Positions 8,650-17,260 are shown, counted from the stretch's first letter. The stretch: 32,000 nt of DNA from Promethearchaeum syntrophicum (GCF_008000775.2 NZ_CP042905.2:630001-662000); one strand, 5' to 3'. Made by a program: numbers and translations. Notes: a model not told the origin generated them from the sequence alone.

Positions 8650-10029
8650 TTAGTAAAATTCGCAATCTTCTAAAATTTCTGAGATGTCTACCACGCTTAA
8701 GGCAGATTTACTTTCATTTGCGGCTTGATATAAATTGTTTTTGCAAAATACACAAGAACTAACCATCCATTCTGCGTTTGTTTCTTCAGCTTCTTTTAGC
8801 CGATCTTTACGTAATTCTTCAACACAATTCGTGGATTCTCCTAACCGATTTGTGGCAACAGTTGTTGCTAGTTCACCATAAAGAGTTTTTACTCCTCCTC
8901 CTGCTCCGCAACATCTGGACATATTTTTAATATGTTTCATTTCCACCAATTTAACACCCTCAATCATATTAATTAATTCTCGAGGGGGATCATAAATACT
9001 CATATATCGTCCGAGATGGCATGGATCATGATAAGTTACCAAGACAGGGTCTTCTTTTGTTCGTTTACCATATTTAATCTTGAGATTATGGTCGTTTACA
9101 AACTTTGGAATATACTCTGCGATATGATAGAGATTGAATCCCAACTTTTCTTTTAATAATCTGGGATATTCCAATGATAATGTTGAGAAGCATCCAGAGC
9201 ATGAAAATACTACGTCTTCAACTCCACTTTCCCGAATCATTTCTGTATTATGTTGGACTAAATCAAGAATATGGTCTTCTAATCCGGTTCGGTAAGATAC
9301 AGATCCACAACAAATCTCTTCAGGGAAAAAGACAAATTCAATCTTAAGTGCTTCGAGAATTTTACTTGTGGCAATAGCTAATTCCGTATTTCTAAATGCA
9401 GATGTGCAACCTACAAAATAACCAACTTTATATTTCTTCGTAGGAGTCCCTGATCTGATACTATTTAACAATTCTTTACCACGTTGTAAAGCACGTTCTG
9501 CTGCACCACAACCTTTGGTCCAATTAAAGCGAGTTTCTGGGGGTTCATTATATGGATTTCTTAGTTTTGCAACCCGTTCATCCAGTATTCCTAATTTCTT
9601 AGGGAGAACCCCTTGATTTATGGCATCTTTTCGGAATTTTTGAAACACTGCGACGGTATCAATACCAACAGGACAAACCTCCCTACAATTTCCACATAAC
9701 ATACAACGGAAGATGCTATCAACGATCCCTTCCTTATCAAATTTAATTTCTTTATTTGCTAAAGATTTGAGAATCCGATTTCGTCCTCCTGCGTAATCCA
9801 TTTCATTATATGTTATATCATATACTCTACAAACACTACGACAATATCCACACTGAATACATCGTTCAAAGTCATCAGTCAATGTTAAGGGGTCATGTAA
9901 ATTCTCTTGTTGAGGAGAAAATAACCCTGATCCAGGAGGACCAGTAGTATTTATATTCTTAACATACTGTTTTTCTTCTTTACTCATTTTTTCTCTCTCC
10001 TCCTTTTTTAAGCCACCCAATAAAGCCAT
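8650..10029 (-). CDS. HdrD/GlcF-like iron-sulfur protein (2x[4Fe-4S] ferredoxin motifs plus two CCG domains)
   Basis: It has CIQCGYCRSVCRV and CMLCGNCREVCPVG, plus CCG motifs (EEICCGSVSYRTG; MSRCCGAGGGV; DPCHLGR). The real start may be the ATG at 9985..9987 (MSKEEKQY), which follows AAGGAGGAG. The long form overlaps the upstream gene by 22 nt. Confidence 0.85.
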   Translation of the reverse strand: MALLGGLKKEEREKMSKEEKQYVKNINTTGPPGSGLFSPQQENLHDPLTLTDDFERCIQCGYCRSVCRVYDITYNEMDYAGGRNRILKSLANKEIKFDKEGIVDSIFRCMLCGNCREVCPVGIDTVAVFQKFRKDAINQGVLPKKLGILDERVAKLRNPYNEPPETRFNWTKGCGAAERALQRGKELLNSIRSGTPTKKYKVGYFVGCTSAFRNTELAIATSKILEALKIEFVFFPEEICCGSVSYRTGLEDHILDLVQHNTEMIRESGVEDVVFSCSGCFSTLSLEYPRLLKEKLGFNLYHIAEYIPKFVNDHNLKIKYGKRTKEDPVLVTYHDPCHLGRYMSIYDPPRELINMIEGVKLVEMKHIKNMSRCCGAGGGVKTLYGELATTVATNRLGESTNCVEELRKDRLKEAEETNAEWMVSSCVFCKNNLYQAANESKSALSVVDISEILEDCEFY

Positions 10030-11471
10030 TTAGCGATAAAAAAAAGTAGTTGAATTCGCCAATATTTCATTTTTGCCTGCACAAATCGATAGGAGTTAAC
10101 AAGGTTTTCAGGATCTAATTTTGTTTTTAACGCTTTGGTATATTCTAAACCATCGGGGTTAAATTTAATAAAATAGAAAGTGTTTACCACTCCGATTGTA
10201 TACAATCGATCTTGTTGGCCATATGCAAACTTAGATAATTCATGGAAATTTGCTTTAATTCCAAAAAATTCTCGTGGATTTTTGATATCAGAAAGACCGA
10301 AAATTTTAATTCGATTTCCTCCATTGATTCCTGCCATTATGTAGAAGGCATTTTTATACATTAACTTCTTTGTTTTACTATGATACATCTCATAAAAAGA
10401 TTGACACCTTTCATCTGCAATCCAATACTCTTGAAATACTGGATTTCGGCATAAACGACCTAAATTCAGTTCCGTATCTGCAATATCAAGCCATTTTTCC
10501 TTCAAATACCATTCATCCACGCTAAGACCGTCAGTCTTCAATGCAGCTTCCTTAGAAGACGCAAGTGCTTTTTCAGTTAAATCGGGATCATCAAAGAAGA
10601 CTGCATAGACAAAGAAATCCCTAGTTGGTAAAGTCTTGTGGGCTAGTTTTTCAAATTTTTTATTTGAAAGTGAAAGGAAAAAGGGTTTATTAACTTTATT
10701 GTTTTTCAGAGTCAAGTAAAAATCAATTGCTTTATTAAAAGATTTAAATCCATATCCTATCATTCCAAGAGAAGTTTTTAGGGTAGTAATAGTCATTTCT
10801 ATTTCAGCAATAGCCCCATAAATTCCAAGGGATTCGACAATGTTATCAAGAGTTAAATTTCCTTTTGAATCTTTAGTTATTTCTTCAATAGAGCCATCAG
10901 GCTTAACAAGTGTAACCGAAACAAGTGCATCTCTGATCCCACCATATTTTAAAACTCCAATTCCTGATTTTCCCGCTGAAGCGACAAAACCTCCTAAACA
11001 TGATGCCTTATAACTGGTTGGGTAACATTTTGGAGCTAAACCGTAGTCAAGTAAGGATTCTATGAGTTTTATCCATGAAATTCCTGCATCACATCTTACA
11101 ATCTTCTTATCAGCATCAATTTCGTGTACCTTATTCATCCTCCGCATATCAATAATAGCACCACCTCTCGTTGGAGAACTAGAGGAAAAACAAGATGTGG
11201 CAGCAGCTCGAATTGTTACTGGAAGTGAAAACTCCCGACACTTTTTCATGACTTTCGATAGTTCCTCAGTGTTACCAGGGCGAATAACATGGCTGGCTCG
11301 AAATTCTTCTTTAAACTTATAATGATATTTTGGTAACAAAGAAAGATCAGCGGATGTTGCTTCGATCTCGTAAGGATCGGTAGAAACATGTGAAGAAGAG
11401 ATGAATTTTTCAACTTCTTTGGTAAAGCGGTCGAGTTTTTCTAATTTTTGTGTTATGTTCATATTTATCAT
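10008..11471 (-). CDS. FAD-binding (PCMH/FAD_binding_4 type) dehydrogenase, GlcD/D-lactate dehydrogenase-like
   Basis: 487 aa. The FAD-binding region reads PGNTEELSKVMKKCREFSLPVTIRAAATS...GGAIIDMRRMNKVHEIDADKKIVRCDAGISW...ASCLGGFVASAGKSGIGVLKYGGIRDALVSVTLVKPDGS. It has a hydrophobic C-terminal tail (WRIQLLFFIAKWLYWVA). Confidence 0.85.
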   Translation of the reverse strand: MINMNITQKLEKLDRFTKEVEKFISSSHVSTDPYEIEATSADLSLLPKYHYKFKEEFRASHVIRPGNTEELSKVMKKCREFSLPVTIRAAATSCFSSSSPTRGGAIIDMRRMNKVHEIDADKKIVRCDAGISWIKLIESLLDYGLAPKCYPTSYKASCLGGFVASAGKSGIGVLKYGGIRDALVSVTLVKPDGSIEEITKDSKGNLTLDNIVESLGIYGAIAEIEMTITTLKTSLGMIGYGFKSFNKAIDFYLTLKNNKVNKPFFLSLSNKKFEKLAHKTLPTRDFFVYAVFFDDPDLTEKALASSKEAALKTDGLSVDEWYLKEKWLDIADTELNLGRLCRNPVFQEYWIADERCQSFYEMYHSKTKKLMYKNAFYIMAGINGGNRIKIFGLSDIKNPREFFGIKANFHELSKFAYGQQDRLYTIGVVNTFYFIKFNPDGLEYTKALKTKLDPENLVNSYRFVQAKMKYWRIQLLFFIAKWLYWVA

Positions 11472-11477
11472 CCCTTT

Positions 11478-12263
11478 TTATAATGTACTGATGTTTGCAA
11501 ATTCTATAAAGAATCCTAATAGATATGCCAACCACCAACAGCCAAGGGTTGTATATCCGGTTAATTTTGCTAATCTTCGCATTCCAGATGTCCCGAATAA
11601 CGCGCTAGCAAAACCAAATGTTAAACCTACTCCCCCACAAATAATGTGTAAGGCGTGGATCCACCCAGAATAACCTTTCATTATATCTTGGGTTAAAGTG
11701 AATAACAATATCACGTTCAAAAGTGTGATAATCCAAGCACCACCTGCACTATAACCGTGGTATATACTATATTTGGGTTCGTCATAGATAACAAGGAGCG
11801 TTCCAATTGTGACCAATATTAATGCTGGAAGCCCTAAAGTTGAACCGAGGTGAAGACTATCATACTCAACTGTTCCACCAATCCAAATGAAAATAGAAAT
11901 AGTGATCATGAGTATATAGAGAATGGCTAGAAATGTAACGAATATACTTCTGATTGAGGGTTTTTTTAGTTTTTCAGATAATAAAACTGCAATAATAGTT
12001 ATTCCCAGAATTCCAATAGAATTCACAAATAACCAGATTTCAAGATCATATATTGCGACAGTAGTAACTTCGATTATTCCAATCACAAGCAATGTTGTGA
12101 GCATCGTTATTAATAGAGTTACTAATGTAATCAATACACCTTTCTTCTCATGCTTTTTGAAATAGTCTAAGAATAAAATCGTCCCTAATAAAATTGACAT
12201 AATTCCAATTGTTAAGATTATTTGGGCGATTCTAATCGTTTCTGATGATGTTATATTAACCAT
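11478..12263 (-). CDS. Polytopic membrane protein (about 8 TM); possible heme-copper oxidase subunit III-like component
   Basis: 261 aa and almost entirely hydrophobic. The motif GWIH203ALH206IICGG resembles GFHGLHVIIGS of COX3. It occupies the gene position after the subunit-I-like gene. The function call is weak. Confidence 0.6.
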   Translation of the reverse strand: MVNITSSETIRIAQIILTIGIMSILLGTILFLDYFKKHEKKGVLITLVTLLITMLTTLLVIGIIEVTTVAIYDLEIWLFVNSIGILGITIIAVLLSEKLKKPSIRSIFVTFLAILYILMITISIFIWIGGTVEYDSLHLGSTLGLPALILVTIGTLLVIYDEPKYSIYHGYSAGGAWIITLLNVILLFTLTQDIMKGYSGWIHALHIICGGVGLTFGFASALFGTSGMRRLAKLTGYTTLGCWWLAYLLGFFIEFANISTL

Positions 12264-12280
12264 AATGATTGCCTTCTTTT

Positions 12281-13780
12281 TTATTTCTCCTTCAATAATT
12301 TGAGATCATGTCTATGTGCATGTAAGATTACGTATATTGCGAAAATAAACCCAAGTATCATAATCCAAACACCTACAAAAGTTAAAATCATAGTTGGCAT
12401 CTTATCTGTCGTTGGTTTTCTCATCATGTAAGCATTAGCAAAAGTAAATGCCCACGTACCTCCAATAGATAATAACCATGCAGCAATAGAGCTAGATCGA
12501 GTTGTTTCAGGTTGGAAATGTTTAATGGCTATTAAAATTACTAGCACCGCAAGCAACACAGCAAGTACATGCCAATGTCCAACATTAAAGTCATATTCTA
12601 CATCAACATACTCATGCGTTCTAAATATATGTCGTGTGCGCAAACCAACACTGATCCCACAGATTGTAACAACTATTTGAGCATAGAGATAAATCCAATA
12701 CAGTGCAAATCTAGCTGGATCTGCAAACATGCCTTTAATTTTATTTCCAAGTGATGTTGCGGTATAGTTTTCTCCTAAATGTTCTTTTGATATTTCCATC
12801 AATCCATTTATAGAGAGAGCTATAGTACATAATATTAAAATTCCTGCACCCACCCAGATTAAGTAATGATTTAACACCCAAGCACCATAGGAGATTGTGA
12901 TGATACCAATTGGACATAAAAATAGCATAATGTGATAGATTGTTCCCTTGATTTTACTTATTTTATATCCCATCATTGTAATCATCGCACCTGTCAAAGA
13001 AAGTTGTATGTGAAGATGAGATACAATAAATTCTTCCGGATGATCATGAATTAAGACTTTAACTACTTCCTCCGCGAAAAATGCATCTTGGTTTGGTCGA
13101 TTCAATACCCATATTGAATTAGTAAAAACTTCCATAGCAGCTAAGGCACCATATACAATTGACACAAGAACACAAAATGCTAAAAGCACCATTGAATAAT
13201 TTTCCAAATCTAATCCATAGAATAGAGCTCCATCTGTGGCTTCCTTAGGATCCGGGAATTTATTCGGTACTGGCCATGCCGCGATTATAAATATAACTCC
13301 TCCTAGAAAGACTAAAAACAACCCAAAGTAAAAAAACTCATGTAAAAACCTAATTCGAGTATAGGCAAAAAGTAGTCCACAGATCCCAGAGATAAAAGAC
13401 CCAGTTACCAAGGTTACTTTCAAGCTTGGTACATACTTTTCTCGAATTTCAAAGAATTCAAAACACCAAAAGGTAGTAGCAGCCACAAAAGGTGTTGCGA
13501 TAGAATGGTATATCATAACGATTCGAGCAGATCTTCCCATTAAATCATCATTATAGATATCAAATAGTGGTTCTCCCCCCCAAATAAAGGACATAGGTTC
13601 GGAAAACGTAAGGAGGAAAAGTACTTCGCAAACTAACAAAATAATCAAGCTGATATGGATTTTATTATAGTTAAATTTCGACTTTTCCTCTTTTTCATGG
13701 GTTTCCATTGTAAGCTCTGCAGTTCCTATTGGAGGAATGTTTTTTTCTTCTATTTTCAATTTCATTTCACTTTTATCCAT
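12281..13780 (-). CDS. 12-TM membrane protein; candidate highly divergent heme-copper oxidase superfamily subunit I-like protein
   Basis: 499 aa with 12 predicted TM helices. H92 is in TM2, HDH247PEEF is at TM6, N304-H305 is in TM7, H389-E390 follows, and GH402WH404VL is in TM10. Order and spacing parallel bovine COX1 H61, GH240PEVY, H290-H291, H368-D369 and AH376FH378YV. I am confident it is a CDS; the family call is tentative. Confidence 0.55.
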   Translation of the reverse strand: MDKSEMKLKIEEKNIPPIGTAELTMETHEKEEKSKFNYNKIHISLIILLVCEVLFLLTFSEPMSFIWGGEPLFDIYNDDLMGRSARIVMIYHSIATPFVAATTFWCFEFFEIREKYVPSLKVTLVTGSFISGICGLLFAYTRIRFLHEFFYFGLFLVFLGGVIFIIAAWPVPNKFPDPKEATDGALFYGLDLENYSMVLLAFCVLVSIVYGALAAMEVFTNSIWVLNRPNQDAFFAEEVVKVLIHDHPEEFIVSHLHIQLSLTGAMITMMGYKISKIKGTIYHIMLFLCPIGIITISYGAWVLNHYLIWVGAGILILCTIALSINGLMEISKEHLGENYTATSLGNKIKGMFADPARFALYWIYLYAQIVVTICGISVGLRTRHIFRTHEYVDVEYDFNVGHWHVLAVLLAVLVILIAIKHFQPETTRSSSIAAWLLSIGGTWAFTFANAYMMRKPTTDKMPTMILTFVGVWIMILGFIFAIYVILHAHRHDLKLLKEK

Positions 13781-14425
13781 TTAGTGTTTCACTTCTTCTT
13801 TTTTTTTCCCAAATATCCGCCATAATGCTAGTGGTGTCATAACTACAATTGTACAAACGAGTGTTGGTACCACAGCTTCAATCATGGAATGTTCTGTATC
13901 ATACCAAGGATGACCAGAAATAAGTGAATGTGTATAAGCACCGCCCAAACTACAAAATGCGGTGACTGCGATTAATGTCCATTCAGGAGCGTCTATGCTG
14001 TAATTATAATGATTTATTAAATCATCTGCTTGATTGGTATAGTGTCTGTCCTCCACTAAAGTTTTATTAAGTGTGCCAATATCTACTACATCAAAAACAT
14101 ATGCTTCTCGGATTGCATAGTCTCCGAATATTTCATGTTCTTCTACCTCATCGCTCACCAATAGATATTTATCTTGTGTAGTAAAATTTTCTATAAGCTC
14201 TTTAGGTAATTGATAGAATTCTATTGTAACTCTCTCTATGTAATGATATTCGGAATCTGATACTCCATGAGTGATATAAACACTCAATATTTTGTCTTGA
14301 TTATAATATTTGAGGTCTATAAATCTTGGATCATGGGCACTTGCATTTATGCTACCAGTAGTAAAACCAACCATAAATATTAGAGATATTAACAAAGTCC
14401 AAGCTCTCTTTCTATTATTACTCAT
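13781..14425 (-). CDS. Extracytoplasmic His/Cys-containing protein with an N-terminal signal/anchor and a C-terminal TM helix; occupies the subunit-II position
   Basis: 214 aa. The N-terminal hydrophobic segment is WTLLISLIFMVGFTTGSINASA and the C-terminal TM is AVVPTLVCTIVVMTPLALW. Candidate ligands are H31, H53, H61, C158, H166 and H172. Its stop codon directly abuts the ATG of the next gene. Confidence 0.6.
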   Translation of the reverse strand: MSNNRKRAWTLLISLIFMVGFTTGSINASAHDPRFIDLKYYNQDKILSVYITHGVSDSEYHYIERVTIEFYQLPKELIENFTTQDKYLLVSDEVEEHEIFGDYAIREAYVFDVVDIGTLNKTLVEDRHYTNQADDLINHYNYSIDAPEWTLIAVTAFCSLGGAYTHSLISGHPWYDTEHSMIEAVVPTLVCTIVVMTPLALWRIFGKKKEEVKH

Positions 14426-14460
14426 TTTCTTTTCCTATTTAAATTTTAAATCTGAGCAAG

Positions 14461-14487
14461 AGCTAAAGAATCAATCTAACTTTAGCT
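14461..14487. promoter_or_regulatory. Perfect 8-bp inverted repeat (AGCTAAAG-N11-CTTTAGCT) in the leader/promoter of the membrane-complex operon
   Basis: Read directly from the sequence. It lies 36-62 nt upstream of the ATG at 14425 (minus strand). On the plus strand a T-run follows it. Confidence 0.3.
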
Positions 14488-15290
14488 TTTTTACTCTCGT
14501 TCTTAATTTTGTTTTAATCATATATATAACTATATTTAAAATTATCCTTTTGACAATCTTCTCTTCAATTTTGATTTTTACTTCTCAATCTTCTTTTAAA
14601 TAGATCATACTTTATAGATAATTATTTTTAAAAATGCTCGATTCCAATTGCAGTGATAGTTATGGTTTCTTGGTATCAACAATTATAAAATATACACTGT
14701 GGTTATTATAATTACAATTATAATGTTTATTCGATCTTAAAAAGAGGAAATAATATTATTTAAGTTTCGCTCTCTATTTAAACATGATATTTTCTGGTCT
14801 TATTTTCAGATACTTGAATCAAACCAGTGAACAGAAAATTAAATTTAAGAAAAATTTTATGAGATTCAGATATTATATATTACATATTAATCTCTTTTTA
14901 ACCTACCTAGTATTTTTATATAAAGAAAATCGAGTGTGTAGATCATTTATAAAAAAAATTTAATAAACTCTCTATCTAACTCATGTATGATTTAGTTAAA
15001 TATTTATTAAACTAAGCCGCTCTTTCGAAGATAAATTTGAATATTGCTTTCGTTCTTATTAAATCTAATTGCTTTTATATAATGTTAACATGATGGATGA
15101 CCTTCTTTAAAATAAAGCAAAAAAAAGTAATGTAAAGAACTTCAAAAAAAAAATATAATAAAAAAAACATTATCTTCAAAATTGATCTATGTATTGATTT
15201 TTAGGAATGCTAAATTATAAAAAAAGTTGCTAATCCTACCGATTTTTGTCGAATTAGATTACCTTTGAAGTGCATAAAAAAAAATGGAAA

Positions 15291-16517
15291 TTACAACTTT
15301 TTAGGTATCTTTTTGATTTCCTGAGCAAATTTTTTGCCCATTTCAAAACCTTTATCTAAATCCTCATCCTTTGGCCCACCTTGAAATTCTAAAGGCTCTA
15401 AACAATCCCATTTCAATTTCTCAGTCATCTGATCGAAATGTTTCTGGGCTCCACCTGACCATCCGAAACTTCCAAAACGAAATACTTTCTTATTCCAAAC
15501 ATGCTTTTTAGCAAGCAAAGATATTAAATCTTGCATAGGGGGGTACATTTTATATTCATAAGTTGGCATTCCAAAAACCAGTCCTGCAGATTCCCATGCA
15601 GATGCTAAGATATAGGATTTATCATCCTCAGGCACCCGAAAAATTTTAACATGAACACCCTCTGATGCAATACCTTTCAATACCGAACGAAGCATTTTTT
15701 CTGTATTGGAATACATTGAGCCCCAAATGACAGTAATTTTTGGTTCAGCATAATCATTCATGTAATTTGCATAAGTTTTATATCTGTTTACTATTGTTCT
15801 AGGATTTCCTCTCCAGACTAATCCATGGGATGGTGCGATAATTTTGATATCTAAAGGTCCGAGGGCGTCAATAGCCTTTAGAACGAAGTTCGAGAAAGGT
15901 CCTACAATATTTGCATAATATCTTAAGGATTCATTTTCGTAAAAAAGATGATCTTCTTCGCTGTTTTCATCATCAAAAAGAGATCCCTTTAATGCACCAA
16001 ATGAACCGAAAGCATCGCATGGAAATAAAGTTTCTGTACTGCTCTCAAAAGTTGCCATCGTTTCTGGCCAATGAACATTTGGAATATCATAAAAAGTTAG
16101 AACCTTACCTTGACCTAAATCAAGTGTATCTCCTGAACTAACCGCTTTAACATTTTCTGTAATTCCATAAAAGGCTTCAACTAGAGGTTTTCCCTTTGTT
16201 GAAGTAATAATCTCTGCTTTTCCGGATAATTCATTAAACCCTCTTAAATCTCCTGTGTGATCCGGTTCTAAGTGATTAACAATAAAATAATCAACATCCT
16301 TGATACTTATTCCAATAGAATTCAATTCGTCAATTAAGTTAGATTGAGCTCCACCCCAATCACGAACTAAATCAATAATCGCAATTTTATCTCCTCTAAC
16401 TACGTATGAATTAATAGTTACCCCATTTGGGATTGGCCATAAACCTTCAAATAGATCATTTGTCGAAATATTTGCACCAATCCAATAAATTCCATCTGTA
16501 ATTTCAGTAGCTTTCAT
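15291..16517 (-). CDS. fprA: Flavodiiron protein (FprA-type A-type flavoprotein; O2/NO reductase)
   Basis: 408 aa. It has a metallo-beta-lactamase-like domain with the diiron motif HLEPDHTG, followed by a flavodoxin-like domain (KITVIWGSMYSNTEKM). Confidence 0.9.
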   Translation of the reverse strand: MKATEITDGIYWIGANISTNDLFEGLWPIPNGVTINSYVVRGDKIAIIDLVRDWGGAQSNLIDELNSIGISIKDVDYFIVNHLEPDHTGDLRGFNELSGKAEIITSTKGKPLVEAFYGITENVKAVSSGDTLDLGQGKVLTFYDIPNVHWPETMATFESSTETLFPCDAFGSFGALKGSLFDDENSEEDHLFYENESLRYYANIVGPFSNFVLKAIDALGPLDIKIIAPSHGLVWRGNPRTIVNRYKTYANYMNDYAEPKITVIWGSMYSNTEKMLRSVLKGIASEGVHVKIFRVPEDDKSYILASAWESAGLVFGMPTYEYKMYPPMQDLISLLAKKHVWNKKVFRFGSFGWSGGAQKHFDQMTEKLKWDCLEPLEFQGGPKDEDLDKGFEMGKKFAQEIKKIPKKL

Positions 16518-16553
16518 TTTGATTCACATAACAATTTTTAATATATAAAAAAT

Positions 16554-16892
16554 TTACAAAGGACGCCGTTCTGGTATTCCTTGAGTTTCTTTTCCACTAT
16601 CATAAAAATCTTGTGTTAAATATAAACCACAATAACAATGTCCATACTCTTCTTGATCGGGAATGCAATAATCACATGGACAAATAATATCTTTATCTTC
16701 TTCTTTAACCCCATCCCCATCTCGACAAGGACAGCTGTAATAACCATATCTATTGTAATTAGCATTTAAACCATCAATTATCGAATCCAAAAACTCAACA
16801 TCACGCGTTAATTTCCATGCGTTTTTTTTTGCAACCATTTCTACAAATTTTCGTGTATCTTCAATATTTTTTTCTTTTTTTGTTTTGGACAT
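16554..16892 (-). CDS. Ferredoxin:thioredoxin reductase catalytic subunit-like protein
   Basis: 112 aa. It has the CPC...CPC...CHC-type pattern: YYSCPCRDGDG...IICPCDYCIPDQEEYGHCYCGLYL. Confidence 0.85.
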   Translation of the reverse strand: MSKTKKEKNIEDTRKFVEMVAKKNAWKLTRDVEFLDSIIDGLNANYNRYGYYSCPCRDGDGVKEEDKDIICPCDYCIPDQEEYGHCYCGLYLTQDFYDSGKETQGIPERRPL

Positions 16893-16960
16893 ATTTAATT
16901 AAATCTCCTTTTAATTCATAAAAAAAAAGTAGTCACTTGTTGGGATATGAATTAAATTTA

Positions 16961-17260
16961 TCATAGACCACAAATTTCTTCCCAATCACTTTTTACAAAC
17001 CCAACTATTGCTTTTTCATCATTACAGACTAAAAATGGAAATGCGACTCTTCTATTAAATTTCTTTTTAAGACTTTCTTTTATTTTTGATTTCTTTTCAA
17101 TATCTATTTTATCAACATAAACATATCTAAATTTAACTTCATTTTCCCTAAGAAAATTCAATCCTCTACGACAAAATCCGCATGTGGATAAAGCAAATAC
17201 TGTTAATTCATTTGTAGCAATTTTTCCGTCTTCTTCGATAAAGTCAATATCTTCGTACAT
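16961..17260 (-). CDS. Glutaredoxin/thioredoxin-like small redox protein
   Basis: 99 aa. It has a CxxC active site in a Grx-like context: VFALSTCGFCRRGLNFLRENEVKFRYVYVD. Confidence 0.8.
   Translation of the reverse strand: MYEDIDFIEEDGKIATNELTVFALSTCGFCRRGLNFLRENEVKFRYVYVDKIDIEKKSKIKESLKKKFNRRVAFPFLVCNDEKAIVGFVKSDWEEICGL

Noticed and set aside
12281-13780. The 12-TM protein could alternatively be read as a NuoL/M/N- or Mrp-type antiporter-like subunit, or as an NrfD/DsrP-type quinone-interacting anchor.
   Set aside because: Antiporter-like subunits typically have about 14 TM helices with conserved intramembrane Lys/Glu rather than paired His. NrfD-type anchors have 8-10 TM helices. Neither explains the HPE and H-W-H motifs and their spacing. 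These options remain the fallback if HCO profile searches fail.
14706-14723. There is an A/T-only palindrome TTATAATT-AC-AATTATAA in the long gap.
   Set aside because: It is composed only of A/T in a region that is almost pure A/T, so chance occurrence is likely. It could be TATA-like sequence, but it is not distinguishable from background.
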